This document shows, in pieces, positions 49,806 to 59,578 of a stretch of 64,000 bases of DNA (position 1 is the first letter of the stretch; each line of letters begins with the position of its first letter). Origin of the DNA: an uncultured delta proteobacterium (GTDB lineage: Bacteria > Myxococcota_A > Polyangia > Polyangiales > Polyangiaceae); the NCBI GenBank assembly GCA_963850305.1, contig CAWKKR010000002.1, forward strand, positions 32,001 to 96,000, written 5' to 3'. Below the pieces are notes generated by a model, which saw only the letters and a list, made by a program, of their open reading frames with translations, made no database searches and was not told the DNA's origin. Both the position numbers and the translations under genes were made by a program.

Positions 49806-50684
49806 AAATCAACTGCGCGACCTTGCCAGAGATGCTGATGGAGAGCGAGCTTTTCGGCGCGCTGCCAGGCGCTCATTCGACTGCATCGAGAAAGGTGGAA
49901 GGGAAGGTCCCCGCTGCAAAAGGGGGGACGTTATTGCTGGATGAGATCGCGGAACTCAGCGTGACGGCGCAGGCAAAGCTGCTCCAGCTCCTCCAGACGC
50001 AGGAATATTATCCGCTCGGTGCCGCCCGTCCCCTGGCGGCGGACGTACGCGTCATCGCGGCAACGAACGTGGAACTCGAGAAGGCAGTTGCCGCGAAGCG
50101 CTTCCGGGAAGATCTGTTCTTTCGATTGCACGTATTGCCCATTCGCGTCCCGTCCCTCAACGAGCGACGCCAAGACATTCCCGCCCTGGCCCGGTACTTT
50201 TCGGAAAAGGCAACCCGGGCCCATCGACTTCGCACCATCGAGCTCTCGTCCGGTGCGATCCGCGTCCTGCGCGAGAGCGACTGGCCAGGAAATATCCGAC
50301 AACTGTCTCATCTCGTGGAGGCTGCAACCATCCGAGCCGTGGCTGACGAATCACCGGAAATCGAGGCGACGCATTTCGGCTCCGTGCGAGCCGGAACCCC
50401 GAAGAGCGATCCTGAGGGCTGCACGTTCCACGACGGAACGCGGCGGTATCAGCGAGAACTACTCAGGAACACGCTCCAAGCGGCTGGCGGCAACGTATCG
50501 GAGGCCGCTCGCCGCCTGGATTTGACGCGGGCACACGTTTACACGCTCCTAAAAACCTTTGGCCTCGACAGGGACTGACCCGAGCGCAAATTTCGCATCC
50601 ACCGGGATTCGACGGGTCGCTTGATTCGGGAGCCTGCTCGATGTTTTCGCGAAACTTGCGCCCGTTCCCGGCCGACGGGAGCCC

Positions 50685-50867
50685 ATGCGTGCCGTGTCGA
50701 GACGCCGAGTTTCGCGCCAGGGCGAGCGCGGATCAGTAACAGTCGAGTACACGGTCCTGCTCGTGTGCATTTCGATCGGGTGTGTCGGCGCAGCGGTGGG
50801 CCTCGGGGGTCCGCTCGTGGCCCTCTTCCGGGCAGCGCGCGACTGGCTATTGTTGCCGTTCCCGTGA
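50685..50867 (+). CDS. Flp/Tad-type pilin-like protein
   Basis: Basic leader, G|SVTVEY prepilin motif, hydrophobic helix; GGGAG RBS. Confidence 0.65.
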   Translation: MRAVSRRRVSRQGERGSVTVEYTVLLVCISIGCVGAAVGLGGPLVALFRAARDWLLLPFP

Positions 50868-51941
50868 CGACTCCTGGATGTCCACGAGCAGCGAACTGCC
50901 TCCGGATCTCTCCAGAGCGTGGCGCAACGCCGCGCGGGACGGGGCTGGTCGAAAAGGAAACTCCGCGCGAGCGGCGCGGGATCGGTGCGACGCGTCTTCG
51001 CAGCGTGCGCGGAAGTTGCGATCCCGGGTCGCCTCGCGGACCAGAGCGAGGTGTGCGCGATCGGCCAGCGTTGGGTCCTTGCAAACGAGCAAGACGTCGC
51101 AGCCTGCGCGGATGGATGTGACCGCGGAGTCTTCCACGGTATGGCGATCGGCGACGGCTCTCATCTCGAGATCATCCGAGAAAACCAGGCCATCGAACCC
51201 GAGATCACGCCGCAGCAGATCGGTCAGAATCCTCCGGCTGTGAGTTGCCGGAACCCCGGGATCCAGGCCTTCGTAGACGACGTGCGCGGTCATCAACGCG
51301 CGCGCGAGCTTTGCGGCGCGCCGGAAGGGCAGCAACTCGACGGCGTCGAGCCCGGCGCGATCACGGCGGATGGTGGGGAGCTCCAGATGGCTGTCGGTGT
51401 GGGTGTCGCCGTGGCCCGGAAAGTGTTTTCCGCACGCCAGCACGCCGGCGGATTGGAGTCCCTCCGCGAACGCGATCCCGTGGTCTGCAACCTTCGACGG
51501 ATCGCGAGAAAAGGCTCGATCGCCGATGATGGGGTTTCGGGGGTTGCTGTCCACGTCGAGCACCGGGGCGAAGTTCACGTTGAACCCGATCGCCGACAGT
51601 TCCGCGCCGACGACCGTTCCGGCCCTTCGCGTCAGAGCGAGGTCTCCGATGTCGCCGAGTATGCGCATGGGCGGCAGCGCGACGGCGGGTGCGGGAACGC
51701 GCGTCACGCGGCCGCCTTCCTGGTCGACCCCGATGAAGATCTCGCCGTCCGATGCGGCCCGGATGGTGCCGACCAGCTCGTGCGTGGACTCCACGGACTC
51801 GATGTTTCGGCGAAATCGGATCACGCCCGCGCGACGTCGCTCGCGAATCGCGCGGGCGGTGTCGTCGTCGAGCGTCGTTCCAGGGAAGCCGACGACGAGC
51901 AGCGATCCGCATAGATCGGACAGGTCGCGCGCGGTCGGCAT
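50847..51941 (-). CDS. nagZ: Beta-N-acetylhexosaminidase (GH3)
   Basis: VDQEGGRV, KHFPGHGDTHTDSH, FSDDLEM. Confidence 0.92.
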   Translation of the reverse strand: MPTARDLSDLCGSLLVVGFPGTTLDDDTARAIRERRRAGVIRFRRNIESVESTHELVGTIRAASDGEIFIGVDQEGGRVTRVPAPAVALPPMRILGDIGDLALTRRAGTVVGAELSAIGFNVNFAPVLDVDSNPRNPIIGDRAFSRDPSKVADHGIAFAEGLQSAGVLACGKHFPGHGDTHTDSHLELPTIRRDRAGLDAVELLPFRRAAKLARALMTAHVVYEGLDPGVPATHSRRILTDLLRRDLGFDGLVFSDDLEMRAVADRHTVEDSAVTSIRAGCDVLLVCKDPTLADRAHLALVREATRDRNFRARCEDASHRSRAARAEFPFRPAPSRAALRHALERSGGSSLLVDIQESSRERQQ

Positions 51942-51948
51942 CGGCGAT

Positions 51949-53316
51949 TCAGCTCACGGCGTCGAGGTCGCGCCGTGCGGCGCCGATGAGATCTCTCGCG
52001 AGTTCCTCGAGGATGCTCACGTCCGGACCCTCCAGCATGACGCGCAGCTTTGCCTCGGTGCCGCTCCAGCGCACGAGGAGGCGGCCTTCCTGCCCCAGCT
52101 TTCGTTCGGCGAGACCCATCAGCTTTGCGAGTTCGGCCATCTCTTCGATCGGGCGCCGGGTCGGGAAGGTGGCGCTCTCCAGGACCTGCGGTACGCGCTC
52201 CATCACTCGCGCGAGCTCCGAAAGAGGCTTCTGTTCGCGCACCATGATCGCGAGCACCTGGAGTGCCGCGACCACGCCGTCTCCCGTCGTCGCATGATCG
52301 AAGAACACGAGGTGGCCGGATTGCTCGCCGCCCAGCGAATAACCCCCCGAGCGCATTTCTTCGACCACGTAGCGGTCTCCGACCGCCGTGCGTACCAGGG
52401 AGCCACCCGCGCGATGCAGCGCCTGTTCCAGACCCATGTTGCTCATGACCGTCGCCACCAGGGTATTTTTCGAGAGACGACCTTCGCGAAGCGAGCGGGT
52501 CGCGCAGAGTGCCATTACGGCGTCGCCGTCGACGATATCGCCCCGTTCATCCACGATGATGACGCGATCGGCGTCACCGTCGAGGGCGATCCCGATGCAT
52601 GCCCCCTGGCGCTTCACGTCGCGGACGACGTGCTCCGGATGCAGGGCACCGCAGTCTCGATTGATGTTACGTCCATTCGGTCGGCACCCGAGGGCCGTGA
52701 CCTGCGCGCCCAGCTCCGAGAAGATGCTCGGCGCAACGCGATAGGCCGCGCCGTGAGCCGCATCCACGACGACCCGCAGGCCGTCGAGCGTGAGTTCCTT
52801 CGGAAAGGTGCTCTTGGCGTAGACGATGTAACGGCCGATCGCGTAGTCGACTCGTTGTGCCCTGCCGACCCGAGCGCCAGTGTAGCTTGCCGTGGTGAGC
52901 TTGGGATCGTCGAGAAGCCGTTCGATGGCCGCTTCCTCGGCGTCGGGTAATTTGAAGCCGTCCGGACCGAAGATCTTGATGCCATTGTCCGCGAACGGGT
53001 TGTGGCTGGCGCTGATCACCACGCCCGCGTCCGCCCGCATGCTTTGCGTCAGATTCGCTACCGCCGGCGTGGGGATGGGCCCCGAGATCATCACGTGCCC
53101 GCCCATCGCGCAGATGCCGGAAGCGAGCGCTGTTTCGAGCATGTACCCGCTCAATCGGGTGTCCTTCCCGATGACGATGCGCGGCGGACGGGCTCTGGCC
53201 CGGCGTGCGACCACGGCGATCGCTCGCCCGAGGCGCAGCGCCAGCTCGGGCGTCATGGGGGCGACGTTGGCGCGCCCGCGTATTCCGTCCGTGCCGAAGA
53301 GCTTGCGCGACGTCAT
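51949..53316 (-). CDS. glmM: Phosphoglucosamine mutase
   Basis: [36 protein letters not shown]. Confidence 0.96.
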   Translation of the reverse strand: MTSRKLFGTDGIRGRANVAPMTPELALRLGRAIAVVARRARARPPRIVIGKDTRLSGYMLETALASGICAMGGHVMISGPIPTPAVANLTQSMRADAGVVISASHNPFADNGIKIFGPDGFKLPDAEEAAIERLLDDPKLTTASYTGARVGRAQRVDYAIGRYIVYAKSTFPKELTLDGLRVVVDAAHGAAYRVAPSIFSELGAQVTALGCRPNGRNINRDCGALHPEHVVRDVKRQGACIGIALDGDADRVIIVDERGDIVDGDAVMALCATRSLREGRLSKNTLVATVMSNMGLEQALHRAGGSLVRTAVGDRYVVEEMRSGGYSLGGEQSGHLVFFDHATTGDGVVAALQVLAIMVREQKPLSELARVMERVPQVLESATFPTRRPIEEMAELAKLMGLAERKLGQEGRLLVRWSGTEAKLRVMLEGPDVSILEELARDLIGAARRDLDAVS

Positions 53317-53323
53317 TCGGTAT

Positions 53324-54553
53324 TCAGAGATCGATGGCCGGATCGCTCTCGAGGCCGAGGAGGATGGCTCGCGCAGGACCGACGAGCAAGGTCGACCCTG
53401 CGACGAGCACGAGCCCCCTGCTTCCCACGAGCGCGCGGGCGCGCGCGAGGGCGTCGCGAATGTCGGGGATACACTCTCCACCGAAGGCTTCGGCCATTTC
53501 CCGCGGATCCGCGGCGCCCGCCACGGGCGGCGACGTGAAAACGTGATGCGACGCCGTGTGCTCCAATCGCGCCAGCATCGCGCGCCAGTTCTTCTTTTTC
53601 AGCGCACCGAAGACCAGCGCCACGTCCCGACGAGAGCCGACGGCGCCCATGAGGCTCGAATCGATCACGTGTGAGAGCGTGACGGCGCCGTCCGGGTTAT
53701 GGGCGCAATCGAGCAGGGTGAGTTCCTGCCCGTTTCGGTGCAGTAGCTCATTTCGCCCCGGCCACGTCGTTGCTTCGATGCCCTTCGCGATGTCTTCGGT
53801 ATCGAGGCCGATCTCGCGAGCGATGGTCGTGGCCACGGCCAGGTTCGTCCCGAACATCGCCATTCGCGGGTACGCGAGCTGCGCGCCAGCGAACGGTTCC
53901 GGGCTTCCGAGTTCGACGGGCGTCGCGCCCACTGCGGCGATCCGCTCACGTATGACGGCGAGCGCTTCGGGGTGGATTTTCCCGAGCACGACCTTCGAAC
54001 CGGCCTTGATGATCCCGGCCTTTTCGCCCCCAATCTTTGCGAGGGTGTCGCCGAGTTCCGCCATGTGGTCGAAAGCGACGCGGGTGATGGCCACGACCAG
54101 GGGCGGCGGGACGACATTGGTGGCGTCGAGCCGCCCGCCGAGCCCCACCTCGAGCACGGCGAAACCCACTTTCGCTTCGCGGAAGGCGAGAAATGCAGCA
54201 ACCGTCGCGACCTCGAAGAACGTGAGCTCGGGTGCCCGATCCATGACCTGGTTCAGCAAAGTCACGAGCCGGTCGTCATCGATGGGCACGCCGTCGATCT
54301 GGATTCGCTCCGCGAATCGATTCAGGTGAGGAGACGTGTAGAGGCCGACGTGTTTCCCGCTGGCACCGAGCATCGACGCCACGAAGGCACACACGCTCCC
54401 CTTGCCGTTGGTTCCCGCGACGTGGATCGTCTGAAATGCGCGCTCCGGATGATCAAAGGCCGCGCAGGCCGCTTCCACTCGATCGAGCCCGAGGCGGGCG
54501 CCCCGCGGCGCGAGAGCATAGAGGCGGACGAGCGTGTCCTTGAGCGTGCTCAC
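53324..54553 (-). CDS. folC: Folylpolyglutamate/dihydrofolate synthase
   Basis: [36 protein letters not shown]. Confidence 0.94.
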   Translation of the reverse strand: MSTLKDTLVRLYALAPRGARLGLDRVEAACAAFDHPERAFQTIHVAGTNGKGSVCAFVASMLGASGKHVGLYTSPHLNRFAERIQIDGVPIDDDRLVTLLNQVMDRAPELTFFEVATVAAFLAFREAKVGFAVLEVGLGGRLDATNVVPPPLVVAITRVAFDHMAELGDTLAKIGGEKAGIIKAGSKVVLGKIHPEALAVIRERIAAVGATPVELGSPEPFAGAQLAYPRMAMFGTNLAVATTIAREIGLDTEDIAKGIEATTWPGRNELLHRNGQELTLLDCAHNPDGAVTLSHVIDSSLMGAVGSRRDVALVFGALKKKNWRAMLARLEHTASHHVFTSPPVAGAADPREMAEAFGGECIPDIRDALARARALVGSRGLVLVAGSTLLVGPARAILLGLESDPAIDL

Positions 54554-55085
54554 ATTGCCTCTGACGCAGCAGTGCTCGGGCACTCTATGTTCATGAAACG
54601 CATCTTAAACCGACTTGGACCCGTGACCGAGCGTTCCCGGTTCTCGACATGGTTCAAGGCGCCACCGGGCTCACAGCTCGGCAGGTCGTGAACTGGTTGG
54701 GGTTTCGGGCATATACCGCATTTCCGTCCCGACTACCCGGGCTTGGTCCCTCGTCGCGACATCCGACGCGCGGATTCTCCATTCAACCATCTTCGTGGTG
54801 GACACGCTGAAGCGACGCTGTCGACTACGCGCACCGACATGGGGTAGCGGGGAACCTCGCGGGCTGCGCTGATGTCGCCCTGCGGCAGCCGGGCAGCGGA
54901 AGCCTCACGACAACCACTTTGACCTGCGTTTTGCCTGCTGCACGGCCAGCGCGACCAAACAAGAAGGTGTTTGCGTTCCGGACCCCGAGCCGAGGAGCAT
55001 GCGCAGGCGATCCGCCTCATTGGAGGCGGCTCGTTGAAAGAGCGCGCCGCGTCGTGCCGTCGAGGAGGTAGAGTCGTGCTAAGCG

Positions 55086-57725
55086 GTGCACACGTTGGCG
55101 GGCGCGGAAAGTCTCACGGAGGTCGTTCTCCTCGGTCGCGAAGAAGAAGCGAGGGCGGTCACTCGGGTCGCCCAGGCCGTGCGCGATGACGGAGCGGCGC
55201 GGGTCGTCGCACTCATCGGGCCGAATGGAGTCGGCAAGACCAGTGTCATCAACCGAGCCCTCGATGACCTGCGCGCCGATGGAGGTCGGCCCTTTCGAAT
55301 CTATCGCGGCACGGCCCGCGAATCCTCTCTGGGGCAAGGGGCGTTCGCGAGCCTGCTGAGAAGTCGATTCGGTTTGGTCGAGGGTGTTACCCTCGATGAG
55401 GCGCACACGCAGATCCGCACCCAGGCAGCGAAAGTGCTGGAGGACCGCAAGGTCGGGGACGTGTGTTTTTTTCTGGGGCAGATCCTGGATATCCCGTTCC
55501 CCGACAGCCCGCTGACCAAGGCGCTCCGCGACGATCCCGCTCAGGGACGCCTCCTGCGCTGCGCGATCATAAAGAATTTCTTCGACAGTGATGCAGCACG
55601 AGGCCCGATATGCCTCGTCTTCGACGACCTCGACGATGCGGACGAGGGCTCCGTTGCCCTGGTCTCGTATCTCGTCGAGCATTTGACGGGGCCCGTCTTG
55701 ATCGTGTGTTCGATGCGTCCCGGGGTTCGAGGTGTCTCCTGGCCATCGCCGGACAACCCGCGTCACGTGCGCGTGGATATGGGTCCCGTCACCCCGGACA
55801 TTGCGGCGCGGGTGATTCGCCTCCTGCTTGCCCCGTGCGAGGGCGGTCCGCCCGAGCCACTCGTCGAAGCCGGTCTGCGGCTAGCCGGTGGGAACTTGAG
55901 CCTGCTCCAAGCGATGGTCCGATTATTCCACGATTCGGGCGTGCTCGAGGAGGTCGACGCGCTCGCCAAGGAACCGTTGTGGCGCGTTCACCTCGAGAAA
56001 CTGGAGAGCGTACGGCTCCCGATGACGCTCGAGGACACCGTCTCGATGCGCGTCGCGGCACTGGCCCCGCCGGAGCAGATCCTGCTCGGACGCGCCGCCG
56101 CGATGGGGAGCGTGTTCTGGGTTGGTGCCCTGATCGCAATGGAGCGAGCCGGCCGCAAAGTCCCCACCCACTGGGAGCTCGATCGTGAGAGCGAAGTAGA
56201 CTCGATCGAGTCGATGCTCCAGTCGCTCGAAGAGCGCGACTACGTCGAACATGTTTCGAACTCGAGTTTCGCGGGAGAGGCTCAGTACCTCTTCAAGCAC
56301 AAGCTGGAACGACAGAAGCTCTACGCGCTCATGGCTCCGGCCTCACGGCTTGCGTATCACCAGGCCATAGCGGACTGGCTGGAGCACAAGCAGCCCGAAC
56401 ACCCGAGCCGCGAGCACCTGGCGCTGCTGGCGTACCACTTCGATTGCGCGGGGGCTGCGGTGCGCGGCGGGCTCTTGTATCTGGATGCGGCGGACGCGGC
56501 CCGAGAAAACTACGTCGCGAGCGATGCGGCGCAGTACTACGAGCGAGGCCTATCACTCATTCAGGGGTTCGACGCGCAGCGGCGCATAGATGCGCTTCAT
56601 AACTACGGCGACGTGCTCGCCACCCTGGGGCGGACGGACGATGCCCTGTCGGCCTTTCGGGAAATGTTGTCGATCGCGTATCGGCTCGACCTCCACGCAA
56701 AGGGAGGCGCGGCACATAATCGGATCGGTCGTCTCTACAGGGCTACGGGTGCACTCGCGGAAGCGGCGAAGAATCTCGAAACGGCGCTGGCCTTGTTCGA
56801 CTCGGCGCATGACGCCCGCGGAGTGGCCGCGTGCCACGACGACGTCGGTGTTCTCCTTTGGACCCGCGGTGAGCACGAGGGTGCGCTCGAGAGGATGCGT
56901 ATCGCGCTCGAGATGCGAAAGAACATCGGAGACCGGCGGTCGATCGCGCTCAGCTTGCACAACATCGGGGTCGTGTTCCGCGATCACGGCAGTCCCAAGC
57001 AAGCCGAGGAAGCGCTCGAAGCGTCGCTCCAGATCCGCCGGGAACTGGGGGATCGGATGGGACTCGCGCAGACACTCGATAGCCTCGGCCGGCTCGCGCA
57101 GGACCAGCGCGAACTCGAGAGGGCGCGCGATCTGTTCGCTCAGGCGTACGACGTGGCCCGTGAAGTCGGCGAGCGGAACTGGATCGCCGTGGTCCTCACG
57201 AACCTCGGGGAAGTCCATTACCGCCTCGATGATTCCGAGGCAGCGATTCGCCTTCTTACCGACGCCGAAGAGCTGTGCGACGAACTGGGCGACAAGCTCC
57301 ATCTCGGCGAGGCGAAGCGCGGTCTCGCGAAGGCTTATTTGCTTCAGGGAGATCTCAAGAGAGCTCGCGCGAACATCAAACACGCGGTCGATCTCTTCGG
57401 GCAAATCAGAAGCAAGTCGCATCTGGCGAAGGCGCTCCGGACGCTCGGAGAAGTCACCGCTGCCGGCGCGTGGGGCGCGGCGCACGAAGGCAAGGCGGTC
57501 GACTATTTCATGCGGTCGATCGTCCTCTGCAAGGAGATCGGTAACGAAATCGAGATCGCGAAGAGCTACCGGAGCTTCTCCGACTATGTCGCTCGATCGA
57601 CGCACTACAAGAAGAATGAGAACATCCAAAAAGAGGCCAAGAAGCTCCGCGCGATGTCCGACGAGATCTTCGCGCGACAGAGAATGTCCGAGGAGAACGG
57701 CGCGGCGCGTCCGGCCGCGCGCTGA
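55086..57725 (+). CDS. P-loop (STAND/AAA_16-like) ATPase with C-terminal TPR array
   Basis: LLGREEE, GPNGVGKT, LVFDDL, AGGN, YLFKH; multiple 40-aa TPR-like repeats. Confidence 0.85.
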   Translation: MHTLAGAESLTEVVLLGREEEARAVTRVAQAVRDDGAARVVALIGPNGVGKTSVINRALDDLRADGGRPFRIYRGTARESSLGQGAFASLLRSRFGLVEGVTLDEAHTQIRTQAAKVLEDRKVGDVCFFLGQILDIPFPDSPLTKALRDDPAQGRLLRCAIIKNFFDSDAARGPICLVFDDLDDADEGSVALVSYLVEHLTGPVLIVCSMRPGVRGVSWPSPDNPRHVRVDMGPVTPDIAARVIRLLLAPCEGGPPEPLVEAGLRLAGGNLSLLQAMVRLFHDSGVLEEVDALAKEPLWRVHLEKLESVRLPMTLEDTVSMRVAALAPPEQILLGRAAAMGSVFWVGALIAMERAGRKVPTHWELDRESEVDSIESMLQSLEERDYVEHVSNSSFAGEAQYLFKHKLERQKLYALMAPASRLAYHQAIADWLEHKQPEHPSREHLALLAYHFDCAGAAVRGGLLYLDAADAARENYVASDAAQYYERGLSLIQGFDAQRRIDALHNYGDVLATLGRTDDALSAFREMLSIAYRLDLHAKGGAAHNRIGRLYRATGALAEAAKNLETALALFDSAHDARGVAACHDDVGVLLWTRGEHEGALERMRIALEMRKNIGDRRSIALSLHNIGVVFRDHGSPKQAEEALEASLQIRRELGDRMGLAQTLDSLGRLAQDQRELERARDLFAQAYDVAREVGERNWIAVVLTNLGEVHYRLDDSEAAIRLLTDAEELCDELGDKLHLGEAKRGLAKAYLLQGDLKRARANIKHAVDLFGQIRSKSHLAKALRTLGEVTAAGAWGAAHEGKAVDYFMRSIVLCKEIGNEIEIAKSYRSFSDYVARSTHYKKNENIQKEAKKLRAMSDEIFARQRMSEENGAARPAAR

Positions 57726-57746
57726 AGTCTGGAGCGCTCGAGCCCA

Positions 57747-58190
57747 ATGACGCCGCGACTGGAGATCCGGAGAGTCGGGCCGGTTCGTGTGCCGATCCCG
57801 GCGTACCAGACGTCAGGGGCTGCGGGCATGGACCTCTCTGCTGCGATCGAGGCGGCTGTGTCCATTGCACCGGGCGAGCGCCGGTACATCGCGACGGGCC
57901 TGGCGTTCGCGATCCCGCCGGGCTTCGAGGGTCAGGTCAGACCGCGCTCGGGTCTCGCTCTCAAGTTCGGCGTCGGGATCGTGAACGCGCCCGGCACGAT
58001 CGACTCGGACTACCGCGGAGAGGTCGGTATCGTCCTCGTGAACCACGGCTCCGAGCCCTTCACGGTGGAACCGCTGGCCCGAATCGCGCAACTCATCGTT
58101 GCGCCGGTTGCTCGCGTCGACATCGTACTAGTTGAAATCTTGGGCGAAACCGAGCGCGGCGGCGGCGGCTACGGTTCGACGGGGGTGTAA
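57747..58190 (+). CDS. dut: dUTP diphosphatase
   Basis: AAGMDL, QVRPRSGLA, GTIDSDYRGE, RIAQL, RGGGGYGSTG. Confidence 0.97.
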   Translation: MTPRLEIRRVGPVRVPIPAYQTSGAAGMDLSAAIEAAVSIAPGERRYIATGLAFAIPPGFEGQVRPRSGLALKFGVGIVNAPGTIDSDYRGEVGIVLVNHGSEPFTVEPLARIAQLIVAPVARVDIVLVEILGETERGGGGYGSTGV

Positions 58191-58245
58191 CCATTCGTCG
58201 CGCCGCCGAGTACCTCCTGCGAACCCGTACAAGCAGGAGATCGGC

Positions 58246-58779
58246 ATGAGCAGCACAAAGTGGAGCATCGATCGGAGTCACTCGGTCGTGACGTTTACGG
58301 CTCGGCATATGGTCGTCGCCAAGGTGAGGGGACACTTCGCCAGTTGGACCGCCACGGTGGCCATCGACGAAGCCGATCTCACGAAATCCTCGGTGGAGGC
58401 GCATATCGACGCGGCGAGCATCGACACCCGCGAGCCGAAGCGCGACGAGCACCTGCGCTCCGCTGATTTTCTCGACGTCGCCAGGTTTCCCGAGCTCATC
58501 TTCAATAGCAAGACGATCCAAAGGACATCGGGCGACCACTACGAGATGAAGGGCGAGCTGACGATTCGCGACGTTTCGCGAGAAGTCGCGCTCAGCGTTC
58601 GTTACGGCGGCCTAATGAAGGATCCGTGGGGGCAACAGCGCGCCGTGTTCACCGCGGAGGCGAGCATCGATCGCAAGGACTTCGGGCTCGTCTGGAACGT
58701 CGCGCTCGAGGCCGGGGGCGTTCTGGTCGGCGACAAGATTTCGATCGAAATAGAGCTCGAAGCCGTGAAGTCTGCCTGA
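58246..58779 (+). CDS. YceI-family lipid/polyisoprenoid-binding protein
   Basis: WSIDRSHS, RDEHLRSADF, DRKDFGLVWN; AGGAG RBS. Confidence 0.93.
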   Translation: MSSTKWSIDRSHSVVTFTARHMVVAKVRGHFASWTATVAIDEADLTKSSVEAHIDAASIDTREPKRDEHLRSADFLDVARFPELIFNSKTIQRTSGDHYEMKGELTIRDVSREVALSVRYGGLMKDPWGQQRAVFTAEASIDRKDFGLVWNVALEAGGVLVGDKISIEIELEAVKSA

Positions 58780-58785
58780 GCCCGA

Positions 58786-59568
58786 TCAGAGAAGCCGCTC
58801 GATGAAGCGGCTCAGCTCCGATCTCAGGGTCCCCCGGTCGTAGTCACGGGTCACGATGTGATGCGACCGGGGAAGGATCACGACGGTCTTCTCCGTGCTC
58901 CCGAGTCTCTCTTCGATCCTTCGTGCGTTCGATACCGGGCAAACCCGATCGTGTTTCCCGTGCGCAACGAAGGCTGGCAGCCGGATCTGGCCGAGCAGGC
59001 GCTCGACGCGCTCACCCGCACGCAACACTTCGATCGCGGCGTGCACCGGCTGGCGGCTGCTGGTGAGATGATTGGCGCGCGCGTTCGGGTCCGCAATGTC
59101 GGCGCCTGCCTTCGGAATACTGAAGTCAGGCAGCCGAAAACGATCGATGAGCTCGAGCGGCCAGGCAGGAAAAGGGGCCCGGAGGCGCGTGGCACTAGCG
59201 AGCATGCCGAGCCCGCGCACGCGCTCCGGATAGGTCAGCGCCAGATGGGCCGCGAGCAACGCGCCGAGAGACAGGCCCACGACGATGGCCTTCTTCGCGT
59301 CGGGTCGGAGCACGGTCGTGAGAGCCTCATCGGCGCCCCGCAACCAGTCGGCCCATCCGGATTGCGCGAGGTCGTGCGTGCTGCTCCCGTGACCCGGCAA
59401 GAGCGGGGCGTGCGCCCGCAGCCCGAAGTCGCGGGCCACGTCGACGACGAGCTCGACTTCGAGCGGAGTGCCTCCAAAACCGTGGATCGCGAGCACGGGT
59501 GGTTCGCCGCCGGGGACGTTAATCGGACTCGGATCGCCGGGGCCGCTCAAGCCGCTACCGCGCGTCAT
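58786..59568 (-). CDS. Carboxylesterase/monoacylglycerol lipase-like alpha/beta hydrolase
   Basis: HGFGG, GLSLG, D..V, SHHIV. Confidence 0.88.
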   Translation of the reverse strand: MTRGSGLSGPGDPSPINVPGGEPPVLAIHGFGGTPLEVELVVDVARDFGLRAHAPLLPGHGSSTHDLAQSGWADWLRGADEALTTVLRPDAKKAIVVGLSLGALLAAHLALTYPERVRGLGMLASATRLRAPFPAWPLELIDRFRLPDFSIPKAGADIADPNARANHLTSSRQPVHAAIEVLRAGERVERLLGQIRLPAFVAHGKHDRVCPVSNARRIEERLGSTEKTVVILPRSHHIVTRDYDRGTLRSELSRFIERLL

Positions 59569-59578
59569 GGCCGTGTCG

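Larger units (their letters stand above)
47415..50578 (+). pseudogene. GAF-AAA+-Fis HTH sigma54-type activator interrupted by an IS
   Basis: GAF domain, GETGSGKT; removing the IS and one TSD copy restores FVEINCATLPEMLMESELFG (1515 nt, in frame), followed by [21 protein letters not shown] and the HTH. Confidence 0.9.

Noticed and set aside
48205..49944. 579-aa plus-strand ORF across the IS
   Set aside because: Antisense to the transposase and crosses the IS boundary
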